From: Phoronis australis
Taxonomy: Eukaryota > Animalia > Phoronida
Direction: 5' to 3'
Assembly (NCBI GenBank): GCA_002633005.1
Contig: NMRA01000485.1
Location: 248,442 to 312,441 of the forward strand
DNA: 64,000 bases
In this document: positions 12,001 to 24,200 of the stretch, piece by piece
Layout of the letters: each line of letters starts with the position of its first letter
Numbering within the stretch: the stretch's first letter is position 1
Notes under the pieces: model-generated
What the model was told of the DNA's origin: nothing
The model's input: the letters and a program-made list of their open reading frames with translations, nothing else
Database searches by the model: none
Made by a program: the position numbers and the translations under genes

Positions 12001-15000
12001 CAGCGTGGTTTGATTACTTTGGACTTGTAAGTAGACTTGGTTATACAGTCATTTAGTGCATGTGCACTGGCAATTATTGATGTTTTGCCTCATTTTGATT
12101 TATCTTTTCCTTTTTTCTTCTAGGATTGAGGAAGACTTAAGTTTAGATAAACTTCAGTATCTTCGAATGAAGAGAATTCATCTTGAGCAGGAACGAGACA
12201 AGGTTCAACAACAGGTGGGGCTACTTACCTTTGTCTACCATGGGTGATGTCTTGTAGGTCGTTATTTAGATATTACACTTGGCAACTGTTTCTTGGGTTG
12301 AGTTATTGTTTTGCAATCGTGATATGCATTTGCACCATTGTGAGATGAAGTTGCCCAAGTTAGATTTATTTTTTTCTCAAACATCGGTTTGTTTTTGAAT
12401 CATGTTAAATGTTTCAAAGACAAAGTGGATTTTACAATTTCCAGCAAGAGTAAGTTTACTTATGGGTTACTTTTATTTATTTTGTAAATGTGGTTACTTT
12501 TAAATTGAATTGAAACCATCAAGTTTTTGATTTTACTTTAAGTAATTGATATACTTCAGTATCAGCCCCTCACTTTCACCAGGTTTGCAGAATACACAAG
12601 ATATTGGCTCTATCAAACAGCAAAGCCAGCCTTTCATAATTTCTCATGCGAGTTCTGTTAAGTGGCAACAGTGCATGTAGACATTGTCCCAAGGACATCA
12701 TGATCACATAACAACAAAGGAGCATACTAAAACGTACATATATTCCCATGATCAAACCACTGTACTTCGGCCATCATAGACCTTCAAAGGTGCAGATAAA
12801 ACTCACATCCCCTCTTTCTCGACAATAGATCAAACTACACACAGTAGGAGTTAACATGTGTCCCTGAAAATCGTTTGCATCAAATCACAAAATATGTTGT
12901 CACGATCGCATCATACTAATGTTGATCAGAACATCACACCATGGCTTGTGCCTATGTGGAGAAATAGGCATTAGTTTATGTGGCAATTATTACGTGCTGT
13001 CTTCAGATTGCCAGCGTAGAGGAGAAGGCAGGATGGCAAAGTGAAGTGGATACGCTAGAAGAGGAAGTATATAAATGGCAGTTGAAAATTTATGATGTAC
13101 GGCTTGAGATATTAACAGTAGAAGAGTCTTTGCGTTCGCTACAAGTACGAGTGTACAAGAGGCAGATAATGGGTACGTACTGGGTGTTTCAAAGGACATG
13201 ATTCTGAAAATTGTGAATAAGACTCTGTATTCGTATCTTGCCTTGGCTCAATGTAGAGTCAATGAATGAACATTAATTTTGAATGAAATATTAAATTGAG
13301 TACAGTTGTCCGTATAGACCACATTTTGTTTAGGACTTGGTCACTTCTCCAATATTAATTATCCGTTAAGTATATAATATTGATTACTTAGTACTTATTT
13401 ATCTCTTTCCGAGTCGTGCTGTATCGCTTCACCAACTTATCACCCAAAAGTGTTAGAATTATGACATCTTGTCAATTTAGATTTTTTGCTCAGTTTGTAC
13501 TTTCAACATTTTTGGTTTCCATTATTTGCAAGAACAGGGTAATGAGCTTTAGAACAAAAGACATCATAGCAATGAATTTGTGCAAAACAAGTGAAGAATT
13601 AAGGTTCCTATCTTATTTTACCTGTTTTATGATCAGATTTAAGGGCCAGTTGTTGTTTCAGATGCCCAAGAAGAGGCTGAGTGTATGTTCCATGATGCTG
13701 TTGAAAATATGGACGACTTGAGCTCTGATGACGAGGTCAGCGAAGTGACGTCAGCTTTAGATCAGCGCATCCGTCCGCTGCATGCACAACTGGGCGGGAT
13801 CAGGAGGAGGAAGGCCAACTTAAGAAATAAAAGGGTTAGTGGTACAGATCATGTGTCGTCTGCCTTTAGTATGTGGTTTTTTTGGCATTATTCATTCATT
13901 TGTTAGTGGTACAGGAGATCATGTGTCGTCTGCCTTTAGTATGTGGTTTTTTTGGCATTATCCATTCATTTGTTTTACGTTTAGCATTGATTGTAAGACT
14001 TTGCTTAGTAGGGACCCCATGGTGGGGGGGGGGTTGCTGTGAGTCATAGTCAGGTGATCAGCGTTGTGCCCAGATCATTTGTTGTCTTCTTATAATGTGT
14101 GGTTCTTTGGCCTGTGCTGTCCTTTTGTTTTACATATAGTATTGATTGGAAGGCTTCATCTTGCAGGATTTGGTATTAGTTTTGCTAGCACATTGTCATT
14201 GAAAAGTAGATTCAGTTTTGAAGCAAAAATTAACATTTTTAGAGACCTCTTGGAAAGCAGATATTTTACCTGAAGAGGTCACCTTCATTTTAAGGTTAAC
14301 TATACAATAAATAATTTACCAATAATTCCCTTCTGATTATCTTCATGTATTTCAACTTTACTTCAGTGAAAAAATAACTTTCATAAAATTTAGTTCGATG
14401 AGTCGGAGGAATTTTAACAATTGCAATTCTCAACTTTTTGAAAACTATGTCGACTTGCCTAAATCATCTAAGTGTAGTATGCGATACATATATATTGTGT
14501 CGGTACGTACCTCTCTCTCTCTCGATCACGGGACTCATGGCAGACTTGAAGGAATCTACATCCCTACTATGTGTTGCTTATTTCAGAGAGAATTCATGGA
14601 GAAGAAGAATATCAAAGTTCAGGAAAAGTTGGAAAAAGAAGAAAAATTTGTCAAGCATCACAACGTCCAGATAGTAAGTGTCACGCTTTGGGGTTTGTTT
14701 ATCTTCAAGAGACCTCATGGATCTGTTCAATAAGAACATCATGTGTAACCGGTACATGTGTTGACATCAGACTATGCGATTCTTTTTCGATGGTGCACTC
14801 GGTAAAATTACAGATCCCTGGTTATCTGAGAGATACATTAATTTTTTCATTACAATAGCTAACAAATGTTCCACCGATGTGTGTACTTTGTGTAACATCC
14901 TCATATTACTCTCTGTGAAAACGTTGCAAACAACTTTGGTCTGTTGAATAGAAGGTAATCCACAGCTTGTATTCCACGTATTAAATATTAAATTAACTCT

Positions 15001-17181
15001 GCCTGGGCAATTCAGAATAGTCCAATTACCATGAATTAGTCACTAGCTGTTGGAAATACAGGTAAGCCAAGTGTCACTAAGGAGAAAATGGAGTGGAAGT
15101 GAGTTGATGTTCAATCTTAAAAACTGATGGAATATTATTATATTAGAGCCTTTAGAGGTTCATGGGAGTTATGGCCAGTGGATGTCACTGAGTAATTGTT
15201 GTCTGCTTTAGAAAATGACTGCAAAACTAGAGGAGGAAAAAGAAAAGGAAGAATTTATTGCCAAGGAACGCAAGAAAACCATTGAGAGATTGAGACAGTA
15301 TAAAAAGAAACTTGTAAGTATGTGCTGTGTTGACTGAAATTTTAAACTTCGTAGCACGTTGTGTAATTTCCTGAAGAGATGAGAGCACCCTGATTATGTG
15401 AGAGACATTTTAAGGCTTATGAAAATGCGCTGATCACAACTAAGTACAACTCGTCCTTTGCAGAAACACCCATCCCCCAAGGTGCTCAAGTGTCACTCCA
15501 TCTGCCCTGCTCCTTCAGATGGCACTTTTATTGTTGACACTGAACCTCAGAAAGGTGGCGCTAAGCGAGTACGCCGAAGAAATGACAAGGTTGATGGTGA
15601 TGCTGCAATTGGCGAAGGCTGTGGCGATGTTTCGCAGAAATTGATAGGTGGTTCGCTGTCAGCCGACTCAAGTATGCTGGACAGACCCCTTCAGTCAGGT
15701 GGTGGTTCCAGTGTACCACCACCGCCGCCACCGCTCCCCAATGTACCTGCCCCTCCACCTCCGCCACCACCACCATCAGTACCGCCATTGCCGCCACCAC
15801 TACCAGAAATGACTATTGTGAAAAACAAACCACGTGTAGCTCAAGAATCCAAGAGACAGGAGACAAGTGGTGCCTCGAGTGGCATTGACCTTAGTACCAT
15901 CAAGTCTGCACGCAACAAACTGAAGAAACTGGAGTTGGCAAGTGACCACCAGGGGGCACCAGGTATGATTAATCTGGCTAGAGTTCTTAGAATAGTGTCT
16001 TTCATTGGATGTGAGAGCCATACATTGGCAGAGCACATTTGCACGCATGTTAGCTACTGAGTAGGAACTTTGGCAGAAGCCGAGGGGAGGTTAATTGGGA
16101 AAGTTTCTGAGGTGACTAAGACATTCTGTGGTTGGAAGTTTGGGACCTCTAATAGTCATTAGCAGTCATTTTTGCTGTTAACAGAATAAGCAGTTATGAT
16201 GGGAAAAAGGCATTTTATCTGATTACCATTGCTTTGTACTGTATGGGTAGAGAATATTTCAGGCCTGGCCAGCCCTTCCAAAATTTTGCCCGCCTCGGTA
16301 GACCTGCAAGATAAGAGGGAAAGGTGACTTTTGTTCCGCCTTCCTTTGCATCATGGAGCTAACCTGAAACTGGACACCAGGAAATCACCCAAGATTTGTA
16401 AAAGACCTCATGCCGGTTTCCCATATGCAGGGCAATATTCCTTATAAGAAGTCATGCAAAGATTCGGGATTGTGTCCGACTTTCGGGCTAAGCTATGAAA
16501 CCTGCAAGTGGTCTATTCAATCTCGGGTAATCTCTCTATTCTAAATAAATGTTGAAGGGAATACTATCATCGGAATGAAATTCTCAAGTTCAGTTTAACG
16601 ACCTTGTTGACGTATTACTTGATTTAAGCAGTAAACGGAGACTGAGGAAGCGTTGCTCTACATAGTATGTGCTTGGCAGAGGGTATTCGGAAATGTGACA
16701 CTGTCATTACATTGTCGCTCTTTTGTCAGGGCACTCATTTTGAAATTTGATGGTAATTGCAGGCCCAATTGTCTCATAACGCAGTTTCATAGTGGCAGGC
16801 CATCTTGAGTAGCCAGCGTACCAACTCGGGCAGGTCAAAATTCCTAATAATAGCCAAGACATGGTTGCATATCACGTTTTTCAATTTCCCTCACTGCACG
16901 AATGTGTAATAAAATACTTTGTCAGGTTGATGGTTCGTGAAGTCCCAAAGATTGAATCACGGCCATTTTGGATTTTTACAGCTGCCAGTGACCCTGTAGC
17001 TGATATGATGCAGATGATAAAGAAAGGTGTTAAACTCCGTAAAGTCACTGCAGAGAACAGAGAGCTGAGGACACCTAGTGAGCCACATCTTCAATTGTTG
17101 AAGGACAGGCTTGAGAGTATACAGGAGTTTACATGTTCGTCTTCTGCGGAGGAGAGTGACCATGGGTCATTTGATGACTGA
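9092..17181 (+). CDS. JMY/WHAMM family actin nucleation-promoting factor (invertebrate pro-orthologue), 10 coding exons, ~744 aa
   Basis: Exons: 9092-9745, 10495-10675, 11242-11323, 12124-12214, 13007-13172, 13662-13834, 14587-14673, 15212-15313, 15464-15962, 16982-17181; phases consistent. N-terminus DSLEDWVSVKNHPF...FHVAWNYVERKLAIT matches the WHAMM/JMY N-terminal homology domain. Then coiled coil (DKQKFGRAAF), poly-Pro, two WH2 motifs (IKSARNKLKKL; MMQMIKKGVKLRKV), connector helix and acidic tail SAEESDHGSFDD*. The acceptor at 9081 implies an upstream non-coding exon. Confidence 0.9.
13835..14150 (+). repeat. Tandem duplication of a ~67-70 bp unit (2 near-identical copies plus a diverged third near 14070)
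   Basis: GTTAGTGGTACAG(GAG)ATCATGTGTCGTCTGCCTTTAGTATGTGGTTTTTTTGGCATTAT(T/C)CATTCATTT at 13835 and 13902; it begins exactly at the exon-6 donor. Confidence 0.85.
16260..16863. mobile_element. Old TIR element (hAT-like MITE) in the last JMY/WHAMM intron
   Basis: CAGGCCTGGCCA...AATTTTGCCCGCC at left versus GGGCAGGTCAAAATT...TAGCCAAGACATG at right (degenerate inverted termini); no TSD seen. Confidence 0.3.
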
Positions 17182-18620
17182 TTTGTGAATGGACAAAGTG
17201 ACCTTTGGTCAATTGATGAATGATCATGTAAAAATGACGTTTGTTTGGGATTTTTCAGTGGTGGGTAATGTGAGATTCTGTGACTATGTGGGACATCGTG
17301 TGAATGTCTGGGAGATTGATAGCTTGTTAGAGAGGTGTGACGGTTTATACTAATTGGTTTATTGAGTGCTACTTTGATAGGTCAGAAATATTCAACTTCA
17401 GAATAAGATGAAGTTAGTCGTGAAGTGGTTCATTAAGCCAAAAATAACTGCACCTGATATGAGCCCCATTGTGGCCACTGTATGACCCTAGAAAACAGTG
17501 TTAAGGTGCCTTATATCTTGACACAAGTTTTGTGACTGTTGCAAACTATAAAAACATTCAGCTCTCACCACTGTGCGAAACGGTATGCCCCAATGTAATT
17601 GTCACATTACTGAAACAGCGTTCAGCATTACTACTTTGCCTTTATGTACGGCAACAACTAAAGGTAGTAGCAGGGATGGGCAAAATTTGGCGTTGGTGCA
17701 GTTTCTTTAGCATATTATTTCTCACCCCCCACAATGTTTTGTCCTTTACTGTGGTGCTTATTTTGGTAGGGAGATTAGTCAGTATATTTTGGCATTATGA
17801 GAGTAACCAAAAGTGCTCATTGTGTGTATTGTATTGGCAAACCTAATGGAGTTTGGAGGGACCATTTACAACCCACCAAAACGTCCAAGATTGGTTATAA
17901 ACGTGTTAAAAAGACCTGTCAAAATATTTATTATGGAAAAAGTGCTTCGGTCTTTAAAATTTGGTACACCGAAATTAAAACTGAAATTGAATTTTCTTGA
18001 TTCAATTTTGGCATTCATCATTTCTCGAATAACGGACAACGCATTTTGTATCAACAGTCCAACAATAAATTTTTCATAAATCGTCATTTTCATGTGTCTC
18101 TATAATGGGCAACGTGGATGTGAATGATTGTTTGTCGTTGATTATATCTCTAATTTGGGATGTCGAGTATTGACTATTTCTAAAATTCTAAATATTTCCA
18201 TTAGCAAAATTATTTTTTTTTCACTGGAGAAGTTTTTGTATTTTGAGGAAAAAAATTGGTCACTTATGTTATTAACAGTTTTATGACTAATCATGTTATT
18301 TTACACTGAACTTCAAGTGGTCGAGTGTCTAGACGGAGACATCGCTAATAAGATTGCTCGTAAAAAATCCTTCGATGACATTTTACCTGTCGAGATTGGG
18401 CAACTCGATATCCGTCGGCATTGGTCAAAGACACCACATTGTTGTAGTTATCAATTAGATTGTTTCAGGCTAATGTTATTGTACTCTAGGTAATCAGGCC
18501 CATCATAAAGAAACTTGGAGCAACAATAGTATTTTTGTTTTGAAAGTTTCTAAATAGTATGTTGTTGAATAGTTCACGAAAAGTACATGTAGGTTTTTGA
18601 ATTTTGAAATTTGGACATGA

Positions 18621-19091
18621 GAGTGGCGGATCTAGGATATTATAAGGGGGGGAGGGGGGCAAAATTTTGTCTCATAAAGAATCATGCAAAGTACGATTGT
18701 AGAGATGCCTAGCACTGAATGGGGAGAGGTTGGGAGGGGGGGCTTTCTCCCCTCCCGCCCACGAGAAAATTTTGTTTTTGCCTCTAAAAACAAGCATTTT
18801 CCTTGATTCCTGAAGTATTATCAAAGCAAAAGAAAAAACGGAACGTGTCCATCTGGAAAATCTTTAGATGCTGCGCTCTTCAACTCACGACCCGTCTGCC
18901 TAAACGCTCGCGCTTTACCACTGCAGCACCGTGCTTCCACTTACGATACGATACAAAGAGAAATACTCGACATTGTTCACAGCATTTGGGCGCTAAACCT
19001 GTTTCTTTCTGTAATGTTTATTACACGCTTTATACATGTATTTATGCAATCAGTTCATAACAAAAGTCCCCCCCCCCTAAATCCGCCTGTG
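18621..19091. mobile_element. CAGTGGCGGAT-terminus MITE (hAT-like)
   Basis: GAGTGGCGGATCTAGGAT...GGGGGGG at left, CCCCCCCCCCTAAATCCGCCTGTG at right; no clean TSD. Confidence 0.6.
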
Positions 19092-19577
19092 TTGTGACTT
19101 TTACATCCTGAAATGTTTGTACAATACTGCCATATAATGTTCTTCATTAATTCTGCTGGATGTGCAACATACATGTTATTGAGCCAGTTACCAAACTACT
19201 AGGCAGCAGGTAAGCCAAGTGTCATCGTACAATTCTCGGCATGTGATTTGTCTCCAGTATAATCTACATTCTTGTGCTATTCAGTGTTAACTTCATACAG
19301 CATTTGAGAGCAGAATTTACACCCATAGTCATTACCCGTCTCATGTATTGGTAAGATGTAAAGGGTGCATGGTTTGATATTAATAAAACTGTGAAGTATT
19401 GTGCAGGACAGTGTGTCAGAAGTAAATACAGTGCTCCCTGGAGTTTCACTCATCTGTATTTTGACTTGCTCTGTTTTCATGTTGAGCAACAAGTCATGCT
19501 TAGATTTTAAGTTTTTGAGTTGAGGTAATGATCTGTGATGTTGTGATTATGTTGTTGAGAGGACAGTCCTTTGAATG

Positions 19578-19810
19578 CAGAGTTTGGAATGACCAATGAC
19601 AAAAAAGAAAATTTTCCAGGTGATGTATCGTTCCACAAATAAATGGGCTTGTGAGATACAACTATTTTTTGTGGGTAAAATTGAACTGAACTAAAATGTT
19701 CTTGCATGAATTAAGTCGAAATAATGATAAAGAGGAAACTGGAAGTCAAGTAGGAGGAAATCGAAGCAAAAAAGAGGAAATCCTCTTAAAACGGGAAAAT
19801 TCCAAGCCCG
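19578..19810 (+). mobile_element. CAGGGCTTGGAAT-terminus MITE, subfamily B (degenerate)
   Basis: CAGAGTTTGGAATGACCAATGAC...AATTCCAAGCCCG; interior is the diverged reverse complement of 36815-37074. Confidence 0.7.
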
Positions 19811-21281
19811 AGACTGATTAATAGCTGGTTTCCTATCTGACAGTTCAATTAATTTATTTTTTGTTTATTTAGGATATGCCATGTGCTGGTCTAATTTGGA
19901 ATGTTATCACGGATTGTTAAACTGCTTTCTGAGCTCTCCAAATTGTAATCCGTAGGCCCACACTAGTGTTTGATACTATGTTACTTAGACGTGGAGTCCG
20001 GACAGATTATCTACCCATGTAACCATGTATAGTATTTTCAGACGAAAAACGCACGTCTCTTACCATATAGCATGAAAAGCATTGCCAAGCAACCATTTCC
20101 GCTTTTGAACTTCATCTGCTTCCTTTTCGTACAAATTGTCTCTTTATCAAACTATTTTTGGGCGTTCTCACGAAATGTCGACGTCATGACCGTTGATTAG
20201 CAGTTCTAGGCGAGCCTACGCATGGACAAGATGGTCTCTCCACCTGGCGACTGGGCACATCCCAAAAAGTATTGAGACTGTTTTGACCAATTACCCCAAG
20301 GGCATATTTCAATTTTGAACCAAGGTGATTTCATGACCTTTGACCTCAATGAACATCTTGTTGCTACTTGTCAGTTACTAATTAACTTGTATAGTCACTT
20401 ATCTAAAAATTCCTCAGGAAATGTCAGTGTTAATGCATGTTGTGATTCGTAATAAAGTGCCGCTTGATGTTAACTGTCTTTAGCAATCACTAGGTGGCGT
20501 TATAGTCTCTGTCAAGTCAATAGGTGGCTCTACAATCAAGGTACATCTCTTTTGAATGTTCCAAATCTCTAAATAACATATCCCAAACTACAATTAAAGT
20601 CAATGAACTTAATCATAACAATGGACATCTCCTGAAAGTGGGGGCACTGGTAATTTGCAATTTTTTAAACAGTGTGTCCAGTGCTTTTGCTGCTTATTCA
20701 CAAATTACTGTTTATCAATGAAAGCAGTTGAAAAAGTTATAATTACGGATTCTCAACCAGTTTTTTTATTCGCAAGGCACGACTTTACTGCTGCGTCATG
20801 AGCACGACACTCTAAATTCTTTTTAAGCCTTTTCCTTCATCTAGTGCCTGACGTTGGCTATGCATCGGTCACTATCACATTTTCGGAAACTCTATATATT
20901 GCACACTGCATCTATGGCCTTGCTCAGTAATTATGATACGCGTCTTCATTAAAAAAAAGTGAGACAAGATGACAATCAAAACCAATGGAGATATTACAGG
21001 ATTATATTCATTCAAGCACTTCAACAGGGGCACACAAAACAAACGTAAAAAAAAAAATTTTACACAGCTATCCACAATCACGTAAACTTCTTACAACTGA
21101 AGACTCGTTGCACTGTGGACATCCTAGTCACCTATTGTCTGAACCAATGAAGTCACTGTTTTCAATTAAATAGCAGTACACAGGTTCCAAGATATTTGCT
21201 GGGTGTGTACAGAAGTATCGTCAGCCACCGTAAGTACGTCAAATCGTAGTACTTTGGTGTGACTGACACGCGCACGTGCTC

Positions 21282-24200
21282 CTACTGTTCGGGGGCAGCA
21301 GGGGCGCTGGGCTGTCCCTCGCCTCCGATCTGTTTCTTGGTGCCAGACACGATATCATCGATTCTCAACAGTAGGATGGCAGTCTGTAACCACAACATGT
21401 CACAGGATCACAAACACAGCTGACACATGCCACTAAATTTTCATGGTTCACTTTCAGGCCACCCAAACGACACCGCTCACACACCAATGACTGTAGCCTC
21501 AGTTCACGAACTCTAACTTGAGCCTGCATTCGCAAACCATGACATGTATCCAAAAAACACAGCTCACGGACTCACATCCATTAACACGTCGCTGAGCAAT
21601 AAAGAGTCTGAGCATCATGTTTTCAGGTGCAAAGCCATGTTTGCGGTCCACGAGCCACAGTTTTTGCAGATTGAGTCAGTGAGCTGAATTAACAGGTTTG
21701 AGAACATACTGTTCATATTGCATGTGCTGTGTTGTTCAGGTAGCAGGACTTTTCACAAGGATGGTTATTTTTCCCAAAAAAGGAAACATGACATGTTATG
21801 AATGTTGTAAAGCATTACTGAATGCATGATACGACAATATGACTTGAAAAACAAGTTTTCTCATTGATCACATTAAAGTTTGTGTGATTTTGATTTAACA
21901 CCCTTTGTTTTCTCATTTACCGCAAATATTTTTTATTATTTTTATACAGCCATGGCCTAACTTTATACAACACATGTTGTATTGTTTTCATTTGTTTTAT
22001 AAATAATTCATTGTACACTTTCATGGAACGGTTTTAGTCAACCAATATTTTATTAAATTGACAGCACACAGCATTGTGATCATTACTGATTGTTGCATTT
22101 TAAATGTTCCCAAAAATGCACAATTAATTCCACCAATCAGGCCTTGGCCTTTTATACAGCACATATTAGCCGTTATATATCCCTAACTTTCACAACAAAA
22201 ATGGCCGTTGTTTAATAAGTATTTATTGACTGGAATACTTAAGGAAGTATCTTCTTTGAAAAACCACTAAGATGTAGGAATTCCAGGATAGAGGTGTTAC
22301 AAGATCGGAGTAATGCAAGGAATGACAATATTGCTCTGCTTTCGTACCATATCCTAGAGCTCTTCATAAACCACTGTACTGTGTTCCTCATTATCAAAAT
22401 GACCCAGAATTAACCCAAATGACAACGGAGCACAAGCAGAACCCCCCCAAAGTGAATATCCAGTGCACGCGAACTTCCCCGTCACAACTGAGCGCAAGAG
22501 GAATTTGAGCTAGCATGATAAGACGAGAAACATAATTTCTGAGCGGTTATTTTTGCCATGCACCATGTCTACCACACTGCTCAATCTAATGTTTACCTCA
22601 ATAGCCGTCTTGAACGTCTGTGCCTTGACTGCGAACGGCTCCCACACACCATACTCCTTCATGTCCACCAGTTTCCCTGATTCTCCATCCACTCCCCAGG
22701 TAGCGTTGCCGGCTGTGGCATGCTTTGCCTACAAACACAGTACACCACTATCAATCATAACAGTGGCTGGATCACCAAATCAAAGGCTCCCTTATGTCAA
22801 ATGGGAGTACAAACGTTAAACAATAATAAGCACAACAGCATCATTAAACTGCACTAAACCATCAAAACCTAAGAACAAAGACATCTGTCACTGAAAGTTA
22901 AAACACAAATGAATCCTTTTCTTGGGGACAGGCATTCAAAGCAGCCCCATGGCTTCAAAACAACAATTAAGACCAGTTGTTGGTGCTATGTGCCTTGTGT
23001 GGTCATGTAGATCACAGTCTGACCAACACCGGACAGGGGCCACTCACCCTAAGTGCAGTGATGGTCCTGATGGTGTTGGCGCCACAGTTCTGGATCAGTG
23101 TCCTTGGGATGACCTCCAGAGCCCGTGAGATGGCACGGTACGGCCACTGGTGAACCCCTGTGATACTCTTTGCTTTCTCGTTCAGGGCCTGGGAGTGTGG
23201 ATAACAAAACAGACATTTTAATATAAAATCCGACAACATGCAGAGCTATGGTAGCACACACAGAATCAATGGCAAATCATCAACAAATGTTTCAGCATCT
23301 TATTAAAGAGATGCGGATTCAACGTTTTTAAAAACTGAGCATTTTCTCAGTGGCATTTTCGCTGAAGCTCCGTTTTACCAATAATTTGCTGCTTGCTCAG
23401 TCGATTGGTTCTCAAAACAAAAAAAGAACATTACCGCTGTCAGATACAACCGACAGCTACTACTAACAAATGGTTGTCCACTGCAAAGCAATCGTCAATC
23501 CACTTGAGTAACAAACTTGGAGGATTCTGAACTGGTATTTAAAATGTAAAAATATTAAAATTAAGGTAACTAGTACTGAAATATATGAATACCGCAAAAG
23601 GAAGATAGACTAGACGATGAATTACACCCATTTTACGGTAATGCATAAAACACAAGATCACACGGTCAATTCTCAAATTCCTTTACCTCAACTACCACCT
23701 TTGTTTCAACTCACCACAGCACAAGCCATCTCACCCGCGCCGCCTCCTGGCACAAGACGAGGATCGACCATGACGTTACGAGCGACATTCATGGCGTCCT
23801 GGAGATTCCGTTCGACTTCATTAAGAATGTCCTTACTGGCTCCCCGAAGCAGGATGGTACAGGCTTTGGGATTCTTGCACTCCGTCAGGAATGTGAAGTA
23901 CCTGCAGTGATGAAGAAGCGCAGTGCAACAAAGGGGAATCCGGTTCTTGTCATGACATTTTCACTAACACAATTGCTATTTCGCAAACAGCCCACTATTT
24001 TCTCACCACTTTTATCTTTTCACACGTATTGTATCTCATCTCTTGAACATTTCTTCCCCTAACACCACAGTTCAGAACAAGAACTTCTGACTCGTAGGTA
24101 TTCCTTATACCTTATAAGGAGAGAACACCTACGGAGATGTGAAATTGTTGTGTGTGTGTGTGCGTGCGTGTGTGATAGAAATATGACCACAAAATGTGCA

